Source of the DNA: Mobula birostris
Taxonomy: Eukaryota
DNA: 64,000 bases
Direction: 5' to 3'
Assembly: GCF_030028105.1 (NCBI RefSeq)
Contig: NC_092379.1
Coordinates: forward strand, 19,693,309-19,757,308
How positions within the stretch are numbered: the first letter of the stretch is position 1; every line of letters starts with the position of its first letter. The notes beneath the pieces are model-generated. The model saw only the letters and a list, made by a program, of their open reading frames with translations. It did no database searches and was not told the DNA's origin. A program made the translations under genes and the position numbers. Positions 13,385 to 27,544 of the stretch are shown piece after piece.

Positions 13385-14734
13385 CTGAAATATAGACAGG
13401 AGAGTATGATATTGTGTGTGACAAGGTGCAGCACAGACATTAACCTGTGAGGACAGGTGAACTAAATAACAGATGGTCTGTCCTCATTCCAGGAGGTGGA
13501 ATCCCATAAAGAGATGTCTGTCATTAGTCTCCGAGGTCACACCAAAACAAAAACCTGAATACCAGTTCAGACCTTTAGGGTGATCCACAGTTGGGCTAAT
13601 GTTTTAGTTCCTGACTAAAACCATAAGATAAGACATAGGAGCAGAATTAGGCCATTTGGCCCATTGAGTCTGCTCCAGCATTTCATCATGGCTGATCCAA
13701 TTTCCCTCTCAGCCCCAATTACCTGCCTTCTCCCAGTATCCCTTCATGTCCTGACTAATCAAGAATCTATCAACCTCTTCCTTACATATACTCAGTGAGT
13801 TGGGTACCACAGCTGCCTGTGGCAATGAATTATACAGATTTTCCACTCTCTGGCTAAAGAAATTCCCCTTCACCTCTGTTCTAAGTGGATGGCCCTCTAT
13901 TCTGAGGCTGTGTCCTCTTGTCTTAGACTCTCCCACCACAGAAAACTCCTCAACACATCAACTCTATTGAAATTTCAACATTCGATAGGTTTCAATGAGG
14001 TCCCCCTCATCCTTGTAAATTCCAGTGAATACAGACCCTGAGCCATCAAACACTTGTCATATGATAAGCCTTTCGATCCCTGAATCATTTTTGTGAACCT
14101 GCTCTGAATCCTCTTCAATTTCAGCAAATCCTTTCTTAAAAAAGGTGCTCAAAACTGCTCACCATACTACAAGTGAGACCTCACTAGTGCCTTAGAAATA
14201 CTCAACATTACATCCTTGCTTTTATATTTTATTTCTTTTGAAATGAATTCAAACATTGCATTTGCCTTCCTTGCCACAGACTCAACCTGCAAATTAGCCT
14301 TAATGGAATCCCACACAAGGACTCCCAAAGCCCCGCACTTCAGATTTTTGAATTTTCTCTCCATTTATAAAATAGCCTACGCCTTCATTTCTTCTCCTGA
14401 AGTATTTGACCATTCACTTCCCAACACTTTATCATATCTGCCACTTCTTCGCCCATTCTCTTAATCTGTCTAAGTATTTCTGTAGCCTCACTTCTTCCTC
14501 AACTCTACCAGCCCCTCCACCTATCTTTGGCCATAAAAACCATCAATTTTCTAATCCAAATCATTGACATTTTACATGAAAAGATGCAGTCCCAACACAG
14601 ACCCTTGTGGAACACCACCAGTCACCAGCAGCTAACCAGAAAAGGCTCCCTTTATTCCTACTCTTTCCCTCCTGTCAATCAGAGAATGTTCTATCCATGC
14701 TAGTATCTTTCCTGTAGTACTATGGGTTCTTTGG

Positions 14735-14880
14735 TAACACACACACACACAATGCTGGAGGAGCTCAGAAAGCCTGGCAGCATCTGTGAAAAAGACTAAA
14801 CATTCAAAGTTTCAGACTGATGAAGGGACTTGGCCCAAAACATCGTTTGTTTACTCTTTTCCATAGATGCTGCCTGCCAT
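14735..14880. repeat. Palindromic MER6/Penelope-terminus-like short repeat
   Basis: GGCAGCATCTGTGAAAAAGACTAAACA followed about 55 nt later by its near reverse complement TGTTTACTCTTTTTCCATAGATGCTGCC. Same motif family as 52270-52330. Confidence 0.65.
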
Positions 14881-17040
14881 CATCCTGCCTTTAGAATATT
14901 TCTTCTTTGGGTTGCATCTATCTTGTGCCTTTCAAATTGCTCCCAGAATCTCCAACCATTCCTGCTCTGTCATCATCCCTGCTGGTGTCCCCTTCCAAAT
15001 AAATTTTGGCCAGCTCCTCTCTCATGCCTCTGTCATTCCCTTTACTCCACTGTAATTCTGATCCATTGATTTTAGCTTCTCCTTCTCAAATTAATTGCAG
15101 GATGAATTAAATCATATTTTGATCATAGCTCCTAGCGTTCCCTTACTTTAAACTCTCCACTCCAGTTCATTGCACAACACCTAATCCAGAATAGCTAATG
15201 CCGAGTGGGCTCATTCATCACCTGCTCTAAAACAACCCATAAGCATTCTACAAATTCTTTCCCTTGGGATGCGGCACCAAAATAATTTACTACAGCATGG
15301 GCCATTTGGCCTGCACTGTTGTGCAGAACCAGTTATAAAGCAAATCGAAAGCACCCAAGCACCAATCCCTACCACCTACACCATGTCCATATCCCCCCTT
15401 CTTCCCTACATCCACTTGCCTATCCAAACATCTCTAATGTATTTGCCTCTACCATCACATCAGCCAGTGCATTCCAGACATCCTCCACTCTCTGAGTATA
15501 AAACTAAGCCCTCACATCCCCTTGATCCTATCCCCCTCACCTAAAATTCATGCTCTCTGGTAATACATATTTCAACCCTGGGAAAGAGATACTCTCTCTC
15601 CACTCTATCTTTGTCTCTCATAATCTTGTAAACCTCGAGTAGATCCCGCACCCCCCAGCCTCCAAAGCTCCAGAGAAAACAACCCAAGTTTATGTGGCCT
15701 CTCCTGATTGCATGTTCCCTCGAAACCAGGCAGCATCCTGGCAAACCTCCTCTACACCCTCTCCAAAGCCTCAACATCCTTCCAATAGTAGGGCAACCAG
15801 AATTGTCCGCAATACTTCAGTGTGGTCTAACCTGAGTTTTATAAAGTTGTAACATAACCTCCTGACTTTTGAACTCAATGCCTCGATTAATAAAAGCAAG
15901 CATTCCTTAAACCTTGTTAACCAATTTATTGACCTGTGTAGCCACTTTCAAGGAGTATGACCTTGGATCCTATGATCTCTCTGCTTAACAATACTGTAAA
16001 AGACCTTCCCCTTAAAGGTGTACTGTCTCTTTACATTTGCCCTCCTGAGGTGTAACACCTCACATTTATCTGGATTAATCTCCATCTGCCATTTCTGAGT
16101 CCACATCTGCAGCTGATCAATGTTGTGCTGTATTCTTTGCCAGTCTTGCACACTATCCACAACTCCACCAGCCTTGGTATCATTCGCAAATTTACAAATC
16201 CACTCATCCACATTTTCATCCAGATTACTTATATACATTACAAACAGCAGAAGTCCCAGCACAGATACCTATGGGACTTCACTAATTACCGACCGCCAGC
16301 TTGAACAAATCCCCTAAACCATTAGCCTCTGTCTTCTATTCGCAAGCCAGTTCTGAATCCAAACAGCTGGTTTGCCACGGACCCCATGTATCTTAATCTT
16401 CTGGATTAGCCTCCCATGAGGGACTTTGTCAAATGCCTTACTAAAATTCATGTGGACAGCATCCACTGCCCTACCGTCATCAATCTGTCTTACCTTGTCA
16501 AAAAACTATCAAGTTGTAAGGCACAACCTGCCACGCATAAAGCCATGCTGGCTCTCCCTAATTAGGCCATGGCTTTCCAAAAGGGGATATCGAGGTACAA
16601 CATTAGCCACTCGCCAGTCCTCTGAGAACTCACCTGTGGCAAGATAGGACACAAAGAGACTGGTCTCTTGCCTCCTTCAATAACCTGGAGTAAATCCCAT
16701 CTGGGCTGTAGGACATCCATCTTAATCCTGATCAAGAGGCCCAACACTTCCTCCTCCTTGACTCTAAATGCCCAAATGTATTTATCTCCTCAGCACTGAT
16801 CTCCATATCCTTTTCTTTGGTAAATACTGAAGCAAAGTACTCATTTGGCACCTCATTCATATTCTCTGCATCCAAGCAAATATTACCGCTCCCCCCATCC
16901 TTGAGTGGTCACATCCTCTCCTGAGTTATCCTCTTATTCTTGATGTATGTATAAAATGCCTTGAGATTCACCTTAATCCTACTTGTCAAGGACTTTTCAT
17001 GGCCCCTCCTGGCTTCCGTCATTCCCTTTAGTTCCTTTAT

Positions 17041-19860
17041 ATAGAACATAGAACATAGAATTGTACAGCACATTATAGGCCCTTCGGCCCACAATATTGT
17101 GCCGACCCTCAAACTCTGCCTCCCATATAACCCCCCCACCTTAAAGTCCTCCATATACCTGTCTAGTAGTCTCTTAAATTTCACTAGTGTATCTGCCTCC
17201 ACCACTGACTCAGGCAGTGCGTTCCATGCACCAAGCACTCTGAGTGAAAAACCTTCCTCTAATATCCCCCTTGAACTTCCCACCCCTAACCTTAAAGCCA
17301 TGTCCTCTTGTATGGAGCAGTGGTGCCCTGGGGAAGAGGCGCTGGCTGTCCACTCTATCTATTCCTCTTAATATTTTGTACACCTCTGTCATGTCTATGG
17401 GAGAGTATAGGAGCAGGGATGTGATGTTGAGGCTCTATAAGGTGCTGGTGAAACCTCACTTGGAGTACTGTGGGCAGTTTTGGTCTCCTTATTTAAGAAA
17501 GGATGTGCTGACGTTGGAGAGGGTACAGAGAAGATTCACTAGAATGATTCCGGGAATGAGCGGGTTAACATATGAGGAACATTTGTCTGCTCTTGGACTG
17601 TATTCCTTGGAGTTTAGAAGAATGAGGGGAGACCTCATAGAAACATTTCGAATGTTGAAAGCAACGGACAGAGTGGATGTGGCCAAGTTGTTTCCCATGA
17701 TGAGGGAGTCTAGTACGAGAGGGCATGACTTAAGGATTGAAGGGCGCCCATTCAGTACAGAGATGCAAAGAAAATTTTTTAGCCAGAGGGTGGTGAATCT
17801 ATGGAATTTGTTGCCACGGGCAGTAGTGGAGGCCAAGTCATTGGGTGTATTTAAGGCAGAGATTGATAGGTATCTGAGTAGCCAGGGCATCAAAGGTTAT
17901 GGTGAGAAGGCGGGGAGTGGGACTAAATGGGAGAATGAATCAGCTCATGATAAAACGGCGGAGCAGACTCGATGGGCCAAATGGCCGACTTCTGCTCCTT
18001 TGTCTTATGGTCTTTTGTCTCTTGTCATCCTCCTTCTCTCCAAAGAGTAAAGCCCTAGCTCCCTTAATCTCTAATCCATACTCTCTAAACCAGGCAGCAT
18101 CCTGGTGAAACTCCTCTGTACCCTTTCCAATGCTTCCACATCCTTCCTATAGTGAGGCAACCAGAACTGTACACAGTACTCCAAGTGTGGCCTAACCAGA
18201 GTTTTACAGAGCTGCATCATTACCTCGCGACTCTTAAACTCTATCCCTTGACTTATGAAAGCTAACACCCCATAAGCTTTCTTAACTACCCTATCAACCT
18301 GTGAGGCAAATTTCGGGGTTCTGTGGACATGTACCCCCAGATCTCTCTGCTCCTCCACACTACCAAGTATCCTGCTATTTACTATGTACTCTGACTTGGA
18401 GTTTGTCCTTCCAAAGTGTACTACCTCACAATTCTCCGGGTTGAACTCCATCTGCCACTTCTCAGCCCACTTCTGCATCCTATCAATGTCTCTGCAATCT
18501 TCGACAATCCTCTATACTATCAACAACACCACTAACCTTTGTGTCATCTGCAAACTTGCCAACCCACCCTCCTACCCCGACATCCAGGTCATTAATAAAA
18601 ATCACAAATAGTAGAGGTCTCAGAACCAATCCTTGTAGGACACCAAAAGTCACAACCCTCTAATCCAAATGTTCTCCCTCCACCATGACCCTCTGCCTTC
18701 TGCAGGCAAGCCAGTTCTGAATCCACCTGGCCAAACTTCCCTGGATCCCATGCCTTCTGACTTCTGAATAAGCCTACTGTGTGAAACCTTGTCAAATGCC
18801 TTACTAAAATCCATGTAGATCACAACTGCACTACCCTCATCTATATGCCTGGTCACCTCGTCAAAGAACTCCATCAGGCTTGTTGGACACGATCTGCCCT
18901 TCACAAAGCCATGCTGACTGTCCCTGATCAGACTATGATTCTCTAAATGCCCATAGATCCTATCTCTAAGAATCTTTTCCAAAAGCTTTCCCACCACAGA
19001 CGTAAGGCTCACTGGACTATGATTACCTGGACTATCCCTACTTCCTTTTTTGAACAAGGGGACAACATTCGCCTCCCTCCAATCCTCCGGTACCATTTCC
19101 GTGGACAACGAGGACATAAAGATCCTTGCCAGAGGCTGAGCACTCTCTTCCCTCGCCTCGTGGAGCAGCCTGGGGAATATTCCATCAGGCCCTGGGGACT
19201 TATCCATCCTAATGTATTTTAATAACTCCAACACCTCCTCTCCCTTAATATCGACATGCTCCAGAACATCAACATCACTCATATTGTCCTCACCGTCTTC
19301 AAGTTCCCTCTCATTGGTGAATACTGAAGAGAAGTATTCATTGAGCACCTTGCTCACTTCCACAACCTCCAGGCACATCTTCCCACCTTTATCTCTAATC
19401 GGTCCTATCTTCACTCCTGTCATCCTTTTGTTCTTCACATAATTGAAAAATACCTTGGGGTTTTCCTTTATCCTACTCGCCAAGGCCTTTTCATACCCCC
19501 TTCTTGCTCCTCAGCCCCTTCTTTTGCTCCTTTCTTGCTTCCCTATATTCTTCAATAGACCCATCTGATCTTTGCTTCCTAAACCTCATGTATGCTGCCT
19601 TCTTCCACCTGACTAGATTTTCCACCTCACTTGTCAACCATGGTTCCTTCACCCTACCATTCCTTATCTTTCTCACTGGGACAAATTTATCCTTAACATC
19701 CTGCAAGAGATCCCTAAACATCGACCACATGTCCACAGTACATTTCCCTGCAAAAACATCATCCCAATTCACACCCGCAAGTTCTAGCCTTAATGCATCA
19801 AAATTTGCCCTTCCCCAATTAAAAATTTTCCAATCCTCTCTGATTCTATCCTTTTCCATG
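17041..19860 (-). mobile_element. Younger CR1 LINE (3' half) with a nested plus-strand CR1 fragment at about 17397-18013
   Basis: 277-aa ORF at 18650-19483 (KSPGPDGIFPRLL...SQHGFVKGRSC...YMDFSKAFDKV) and an (ATAGAAC)n tail at 17041. The nested copy ends in CTTATGGTCTT. Confidence 0.88.
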
Positions 19861-20044
19861 ATTTATACTCCTCACGTGCTTCATTTGATTCAAACTTCTG
19901 AAGGTTTACATACTTTTTCTTCTTGACTAAGTTCATCACATCTCTGGATATCCAAAGTTCTCTTATATTTCCATCCCCATCCTTCCTTCTAACAGGTACA
20001 TACCTTTCCTGTACTCTGTGTAATTGCTCTTTAAACATCTTCCA

Positions 20045-21478
20045 CTCTTTAAGAAGGGAGGAAGGCAAAAAAAAGGAAATTATAGGTCAGTTAGCCAAAA
20101 CTCAGTGGCTGGGAAAGTGTTGGAGTCTCTTATTAAGGATGAGTTTTTGGGGTATTTGGAGACTAATGATGATATAAGTCAAAGTCAACATCGTCTCTAC
20201 AATGGGAAATCTTGCCTGACAAATCTGTTAGAGTTCTTCAAGGAAGTAACAAGCAGGGTGGACAAAGGAGAGGCAGTGGATGTCATTTACTTGGATTTTC
20301 AGAAGGCATTTGTTAAGGTGCCACACTTGAGGCTACTCAACAAGATAAAATCCGATGATGTTACAGGAAACGTACCGGCATGGATAGAGGAATGGCTGAC
20401 AGGCAGCAGGCAGTGAGTGGGAATAAGAGGGGCCTTCTCTGGTTGGTTGCCATTGACGAGTGATGTTCCGCAGGGATCAGTATTGAGACCGCTACTTTTC
20501 AGATTGTTTGTTTATGACTTTGATAATGGAATTGATGGCTTTGTGGCAAAGTATGAAGATAGGTAGAGGGGTAGGTAGTGCTGAGGAAGCAATGCAATTG
20601 CAGCATGACTTAGACAAATTGGAAGATTTGGAAAAAAGTGGCAGATGAATTACAATCTAGGGAAATGTATGATAATGCATTTTGGTAAAAGGAACAATAG
20701 TGCGGACTATTATCTAAATGCGGAGAAGGTTCAAACATCAGAGGTGCAAAGGGACTTAGGAATCCTTGTGTAAGATTCCCAGAAGGTTAATTTACAGGTC
20801 AAGCCTGTGATGAAGAAAGCAAATGGAATGTTGGCATTTATTTCAAGGGGAATAGAATATCAAAGCAAGGAGATAACGCAGAGGCTTCATAAGACACTAA
20901 TCAGGCCACACTTGGCATACTGTCATCGGTTTTGGGCCCAATATCTCAGAAAGGATGTGTTTTCATTGGAGAGTCCAGAGAAGGTTCATGAGGATGATTC
21001 CAGGAATGACGGAGTTAAGGTATGAGGAGCAAATGGCAGATTTGGGCCTGTACTCACTGGAATTTAGTAGAATGCGGGGGAATCTCATTTACCAAATGTT
21101 TACCAAACATCTACCAAATGTTGAAAAGACTAGATAGGATGGATGTGGAGTGTATGTTTCCTCTGGTGGGGGTATATGGAACAAGAGAGCACAGCCTCAA
21201 ACTTGAGGGGCAATCTTTTAGAACAAAGGTAAGGAGGAGTTTTTTTAGCCTGAAAATGCTGAATCTGCGGAATGCTCTGCCACAAACTGCAGTAGAGGCC
21301 AAATCATGGATGTATTTAAGGTGGAAGTTAATAGTTTCCTAATCGGTCAGGGCATCAAAGAATATGGCGAGAAGGCAGGTGTATGAGGTTGAGTGGAGTC
21401 TGGGATCAGCCGTGATGGAATAGCAGGGCAGCCTTGATGGGCTGAATGGCCTAATACTGCCCCCGTCTCACGGTCTTA
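20045..21478 (+). mobile_element. CR1 LINE, 3' half, inserted into CR1-B
   Basis: NYRSVS...SCLTNLLEFF...YLDFQKAF. The host CR1-B sequence stops at 20044 and resumes at about 21479 (compare the uninterrupted 32830-32860). Confidence 0.85.
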
Positions 21479-22339
21479 TGTCTGATATGGACTTGCCAGA
21501 GAAAAGGTGTTCCCAATTAACGCTTCTTAGTTCCTGCCTAATGCCCTTGTAGGTTGCCCTGTGTCAATTTAAATCTCTTCCACAAGGACCATACCTATCC
21601 TTGTCGATAGCTATCCCAATCCCAATTTATCCGCATATTGAAATTCCTGATTACTCTCTTAACATTGCACTTTTGACATGCATTTTCTATCTCTCATTGT
21701 AATTTGTAGACTGCATCTTTGCTACTGTGCGGAGGTCTGTATATAACTCATATCAAGGACTTTACCCTTACTGTTTCTTAGCTCTACCCACAACAACTCT
21801 ACAACTTCTGATCCTTTGTCACGTCTTTCTAATGATTTGATTTAATTTTTTTCCCAACACAGCTACACCACGCCTTCTACCTATCTCCCTGTCCTTTCAA
21901 TTCAATGTTTTTTCTTTGGGCATCACCCCAAGGTTCATCACCCTTTTCCATTTCAACTCATCCCATTGACTGCAATTTTGCCCTAACATCAGCCTTTGCT
22001 TGCTAGCAGACTCACTACACACTGCCTCTGTTTGTAAACCAACGAATAGGTCCTCAGCTCTATCACTCCATTTTCCATCCCCTGCCAAATTAGTTCAAAC
22101 CCTTCTGAACAGCTCCAGCAAACCTGCCCACAAAGATATTTATCTGCCTTGGATTCACGTGCAACCCATGAATATTCTTCCACCTTTTCCTTATCAAGAC
22201 CCAGAAGACCCAGCATACTGATGCAGCTTCAGAGAAGGCACAACAGCTGCTGTATTTGTTTAGGAGCTTGAGGAGTTTTGGTATGTCACTGTGGAGAGCA
22301 GTCTCACTGCACACTGCTTCTGTTTGTAAACCAACAACA

Positions 22340-23865
22340 GAATATTATTTACTATCATGATAAATGATATATTTTCTAATAGAAATAGTAGTATTGGAAT
22401 ATCATTATTTGTGGATGATGGAGCTATATGGAAAAGGGGTGGGAATGTGGAATTTATAACACGGAAACTTCAAGAAGCAAATGTTAAGGTGGAAGATTGG
22501 GCATGAAAATAGGAATTCAGATTTTCAGCAGAGAAATCCAAAATAATGTTTTTCACTAGGGAGAGGACAGAACAACACTTGAAGCTAATACTTTATGGTA
22601 TGGAATTAGAAAATGTGGATACCTTTAAATTTTTAGGAATCTGGTTTGATAAAAGACTCACATGGTCAACACATAGTAAAGAAATAATAACCAAAAGTAA
22701 GAAAGTGCTAAATGTTATGAGGTGTTTAAAAGGAAAGGAAAGGGGAGCTGACAGGGGCAATAAGGACAATACCAGTGGTGGCAATGCAGGTGGAGTTTGG
22801 AGAGACACCTCTGGAACTGAGAAGATCACAACTTGTGTTAACATATTGGGTAAACCTACAAGGGCCTGGAGAACATCATCCAAGTAAACGGCTTTTAGAT
22901 TGATGCTGGGAAAAGGAAAGAAAGAAATTCAGAAGTTTTGCATGGACTATTGAAGGGAAAGCAGAAAGGACAGGAGTTAGTAAAAAGGCAGTGAGTGATA
23001 CAATGCCTTTTCCTGAGCTGTCTCCATGACTGTGTGAAGCACCGGGGTGGATCCTAAATTATTCCAAAAGAGACAGAAAAATAGAGAGGTGATTTTAAAT
23101 CAAGATATAGTTGAAACTTATGTAAATAATGGTCATTATGTATATTTACAAATGCAAACAAATGCTTCAAAACTGGCAATATTAGATTAGGGGTAGGATT
23201 GGTGGTGCCTGATTTTAACATGAAAAAGCAGGTGAGGATAGATGATGATTTCTCAGTGTATACAGATGAAATGACAGCTGGACTATTCACTTTGCAGTGG
23301 GTGGAGGGGGTAAGATCAATTAGATTTGCAATATTGTCTGATTCAAGGACAACAATCAGGAGTCTAAAAGATTTACATTCAGAGGCAAGACGAGACATTG
23401 TAAGTAAGGTAATACAAACCTTATTTCGACTATATAATAATATCCAGAAAGAAATGGGATGGTTGAGGAATGCAGGAAAGAGCAGGAGGCAGGAGGTGAT
23501 AACATCAAAATTGAGATTTGGGCACACAGGATTAAAGTACATCGTTTTTCATGAAGAAACACAATAATGGGAGTTGTGATTATTGTAATCAACAAGACAT
23601 AATCAAGAGAGTGGTTGGTTGATTTTAGAGTTATCACAGAATAAAATTCAATTTAAAATTAACAGCATTTTGCAGAAAGGATTGCAGGATTATTACCTTA
23701 AGTATATAGTGCAGTTCATTAAGAACACAGGTCTTTTTATAAATTTGATACAAATATAAATATGGGGTCAAATTTAAAAATGTGTGTCATGATATGTTGA
23801 CCCACACTCTGGTTCAGTAGTGGCGGTAATGCACCCTCAAGCTTTTTGCCAACCACCATAAAAAC
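22340..23865 (+). mobile_element. Nimb/I-clade-like LINE 3' part with RNase H remnant
   Basis: DDGAIWKRG, FKFLGIWFDKRLTW, RNase H-like SVYTDEMTA..ILSDS, RLRFGHTGL-like C-terminus, tail GGCGGTAATGCACC..GCCAACCACCATAAAA. Confidence 0.65.
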
Positions 23866-24229
23866 GTTAGAACATTATCGACTATTGAAAGGCCCAGATG
23901 GGATTGATGGGGAAAGGATGTTTGCGAGAGTGTCGGGATGCCAGTATACACAGGCCACTCCCACCATAGGCTGTTTGCCAAGGGAAGACAGAAGGGAAAC
24001 ACCAGAGAAAAAGTCAGGTAGACACAGTGAACCAGACCTCCCACCTACCTGTTTCTATCCCTGCCGCCATTGGTTAAAAGGTCTGCTGGTCCTCCCACCC
24101 GTCTTTCATCTGGTTAGAGAAACATACAGACCATCTACCTCTATTGGTTGGAGATCTGCATGTTCCCACCCTCCCTTTTTATCTCCATTGGTTTGCGCAC
24201 AGATCTGACATACGGCTTGCCCTACCAGT

Positions 24230-25140
24230 GGTCACATTTTTTAAAGTCGTTGTGGGGGTTGAATCGCATGAAAATTTTTCAGAAAGGTTCAATTCCTCGG
24301 CACAGATTCATCCTGCAAATTAACCATGAGAGAATCCTGCACAAGGATTCACAAAACCCTTTGCATCTCAGAGTTTTGTATTTTCTGTCCATTAGGAAAG
24401 AGTCAACCATTTCATTTCTTCTACCAAAGAGCATGACCATACAATTCCCAACATTGTATTCCATCTGCCTCTTCTTTGCCCACTCTCCTAATCTAATCTA
24501 TTTAACTGTTTCTGTATTGTCCCTGCTTCCTCAAAACTACTTGCCCCTCGACCTATTGTCTGCAAACTTTCCAACAAATCCATCAAGTCCAACATCCAAA
24601 TCACTGACATATAATGTAAAAAGGTAAAATCTTTCTGAATGTTGTGGTGTACACCATCTGGTCCATGTGACTTATTTACCTTCAGACCTTTCAATTTCTC
24701 AAGAATCTTCTCTGTAATAGTGGTAGCTTCACACACCTCATGACGCCGACACCTGGAACTTCTAACAGACTGCTAGTGTCATCCTCACTGATGCAAGGTA
24801 TTTATTCAGTTTGTCCACCATTTTCTTGTCCCCCATTATTACCTCTCCAGTATTTTTTCCAGTGGTCCGATACCCACTCTCGCATCTCTTTTACACTTTA
24901 TGTATCTGAAGCAAGATTTGGTGTTCTCTTTAATACTATTGGGTAGCTAACTTTAGTATTCTGTCTTACTCTTCTTACTGATGTTTTTAGATGCCTTCTG
25001 TTGGTTTTAAATGCTGCCCAATCCTCTAACTTCCCACCAATGCGAGCTCAATGATATGCCCTGTCTTTGGCTGTTATGTTGCTTTTGACTTCCATTGTTG
25101 TGTCATCTTGCCATGGTTGTGTCATCTTGCCTTTTGAACG
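24230..25140 (-). mobile_element. CR1 LINE fragments
   Basis: KLKGLKVNKSHGPDGVH and MEYNVGNCMVM..GRRN motifs, degenerate. Confidence 0.75.
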
Positions 25141-26742
25141 CTTCTTCCTCCTCAAATCCCCGTCTGAATCCTCAGGCAATGGCAGCGAGGCATTACAGAG
25201 GGTTATTTCCCTCTCGGAAATAGACTTCGAGGTTCAGCGTAAAAGAATCTTTTCCCTTCCTTCATACCTAGTGGCTGGATTCCATAAGCTTGGCTGCAAG
25301 TTCCCCAGACTGTTCAGATATTTCCTTGGTCCTCTCCTGAACGAGAGGTCCCAACTAGATGGTGTTGGGACTTGCAGTGTATTGACGGGAAATGGCTTGT
25401 TCATCCTTGAGGGCAGGACTTGGTCACTCGAAGGTCTCAGGTTACCTCAAACGGAAGGCAGCCCTATTATTGGTTGTTGGTCACGGGAGAGTCTGAGTCT
25501 CAGAACACCATGGCACAAACAAACCCTCTTATGATGACTGGAGCAAGCAATGATTCTCCCCTCCCTCCAGTCCACAGCTGGGGACATTCGGCCCACCAGT
25601 GACAGTCTTTCTCACAGTAAAAGCAGCGACCTTGACTCTGACGCCGGGACCTTTCATCGGCGGAGACTCCAGTACAATCGACCTGCATGGGTCCAACTGG
25701 ATCTTGAGTCGGCGACGGGCTGGTTATGGTCCGAGGTTCGGGGGTGAAACTGCGATGCGTAGGGACTGGGATTGGACCGGCTCACTTTGATTTCCTGAAG
25801 TGGTCCCACTTTTGGTCTGCCAGATGATTATTGAGATGGATGGACTGATCACTCAAAGCCTCTGCGATCTCAGTTGGCTTTCCCGAGGAGAGGCATCCTT
25901 CAGTTCATCCGTGGCAGTAGAACATGCCCACGGCCTCCCCATTCCAACCACTCTTCTGGGCCAAGGTCCAAAATTCGACTGCATTGCGGCCGCAGACCAT
26001 ACCCACTGTTGAGCTCGCTGGCACCGATGAGGTGATTAAACACCTTCCTCATGGCAGCCATGAATTCCTCTGAATCCGAAGAGGTCTCAGACCTACATTC
26101 CAAATGCGTAGTGGCCCAGGCCAGGGCTCTTCCAGTCCGGAGAGAGATAATGAAGGCCACCTTTCCTCACTCTGAAGGGAATTGGGACAGCTGTAGTTCA
26201 AACATGAATGAGCATTGGGTGAAGAGCCATGGCAAGAACCCGAGTCACTGTCGAATCTCTCTGGGATTGAATGATGTGCTGGCTCCATACAAGCATGAAA
26301 TGGCTTTTCCAAACGACCTTGGCTTCCTCCTTGCAAAAGTTGTTGAATGGCTACCTGGAGTTCGTGAATCTCCAGGCCTTGTCTGGAAATCCTTGTCACC
26401 ACAGTGGACGAAAGATTTTGATATCCCACTGGGTCCATGTTTGCTCAATTGTAATGTGACAAGAGTCCTTGATGAGAATGGTTTGGACCCAATTGCCGGG
26501 GTAAACGAAGCAAGGTTCTAAACACAGTATCAAACTAGATCTGAGCGCAAAACAAATGCTGGATGATATCACCAGTTGGCTTATGATTGAGCACCGAACC
26601 TCTGTTCAGCTGTTCCTTAAATACTTAATTCTTGGTGCCCAAACATGATTATCAATTAGCAGGACCATCCTGATTCCCTAAAGGGGCCATGCCAGCTATC
26701 CATACTCCCGGAAGTTGGTGCAGTTGGGAGTGTCTTGTAATA
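25141..26742 (-). mobile_element. Sushi-like Ty3/Gypsy 5' LTR (26455-26742) plus gag and start of protease
   Basis: Gag AFIISLRTGRALAWAT and CCHC-like RCFYCEKDCHWWAECP. LTR matches the reverse complement of 63051-63368. 25190-25560 matches 7060-7410. Confidence 0.8.
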
Positions 26743-27430
26743 ACAACTTCTGGCTAGTCACGCTTGCCGTTGAGAATACCATGGACACAATCTTTGATAT
26801 CCCTGTTCCTGGCAGCAGGGATGCAACATACCATCTGGGTGTCTCTATCGAGCCCACAGAACCTCGTCCCTGTTCTTCTGATGAAGGAATCTCCTATCAT
26901 AACTACATTCCTCTTCACCTGTCTCCTCTTCTGAGCCACATCACCAGACTCAGTGCCAGAGACCCGGTCATTCTGGCTCCCCCCAGTAGATGGATTCCTC
27001 TCCATTGTTTCTAAAGTTAAATGCTTGTTATTGAGGGGAACAGCCACAGGTGTTCTCTGCACTGGTTCTGCATTTCCCCTCAATCTCCTGACAGTCACCC
27101 AGTTACCTGTCTCCTGCAACCTTGGGGTAACTATCTCTCTGTAGCTCCTGTCTATCACCTCGTCATTCTCCTGTATGAGTCGAAGGTCATCGAGCTGCAG
27201 CTCCAGTTCCTTAATACATTCTCTCAGTTGCTGCAACTCGGCGCACCTGGTACAGATGTGTTCACCTGGGAGACTGGAGTCTCCCAGACTTCCCACATCC
27301 CACACAGAGTGCAAAACCCTGCCCCTGAAGCCATTCTCACTAAACTACCATGTCCTAATAGATGAGGAGTGAACAAATAGGAACAGAAAGAGAGAAACCT
27401 TGTGGTCTTATGGAAGGTGGAGCAGGGTTG
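26743..27430 (-). mobile_element. CR1 ORF1 fragment (zinc finger, coiled coil, SGNH esterase start)
   Basis: CTLCGMWEV..HICTRCAELQQLRECIKELELQLDDL...VMIGDSFIR; paralogous to the ORF at 29345. Confidence 0.85.
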
Positions 27431-27544
27431 AAATGGAGGAAATTCATGAGACATAATCTCCCACACACACAGCCTTGTTGACTAATCCTAATCAACCCAA
27501 GTTTTTTGAAATAGCTCTTAACCCTCAGGTCTCCTCCATTAAAA

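Larger units (their letters stand above)
13621..22330 (-). mobile_element. Nested CR1 stack, copy 1: CR1-A (13621-15278, 21620-22330) containing CR1-B (15279-17035, 19862-20044, 21479-21620)
   Basis: CR1 3' tails at 13621 and about 15280. RT and endonuclease fragments resume across the younger insertions listed separately. Confidence 0.75.

Noticed and set aside
3979-26742. The two sushi-like pieces as halves of one split element
   Set aside because: They overlap in content (7060-7410 matches 25190-25560 with divergence), so they are separate copies.
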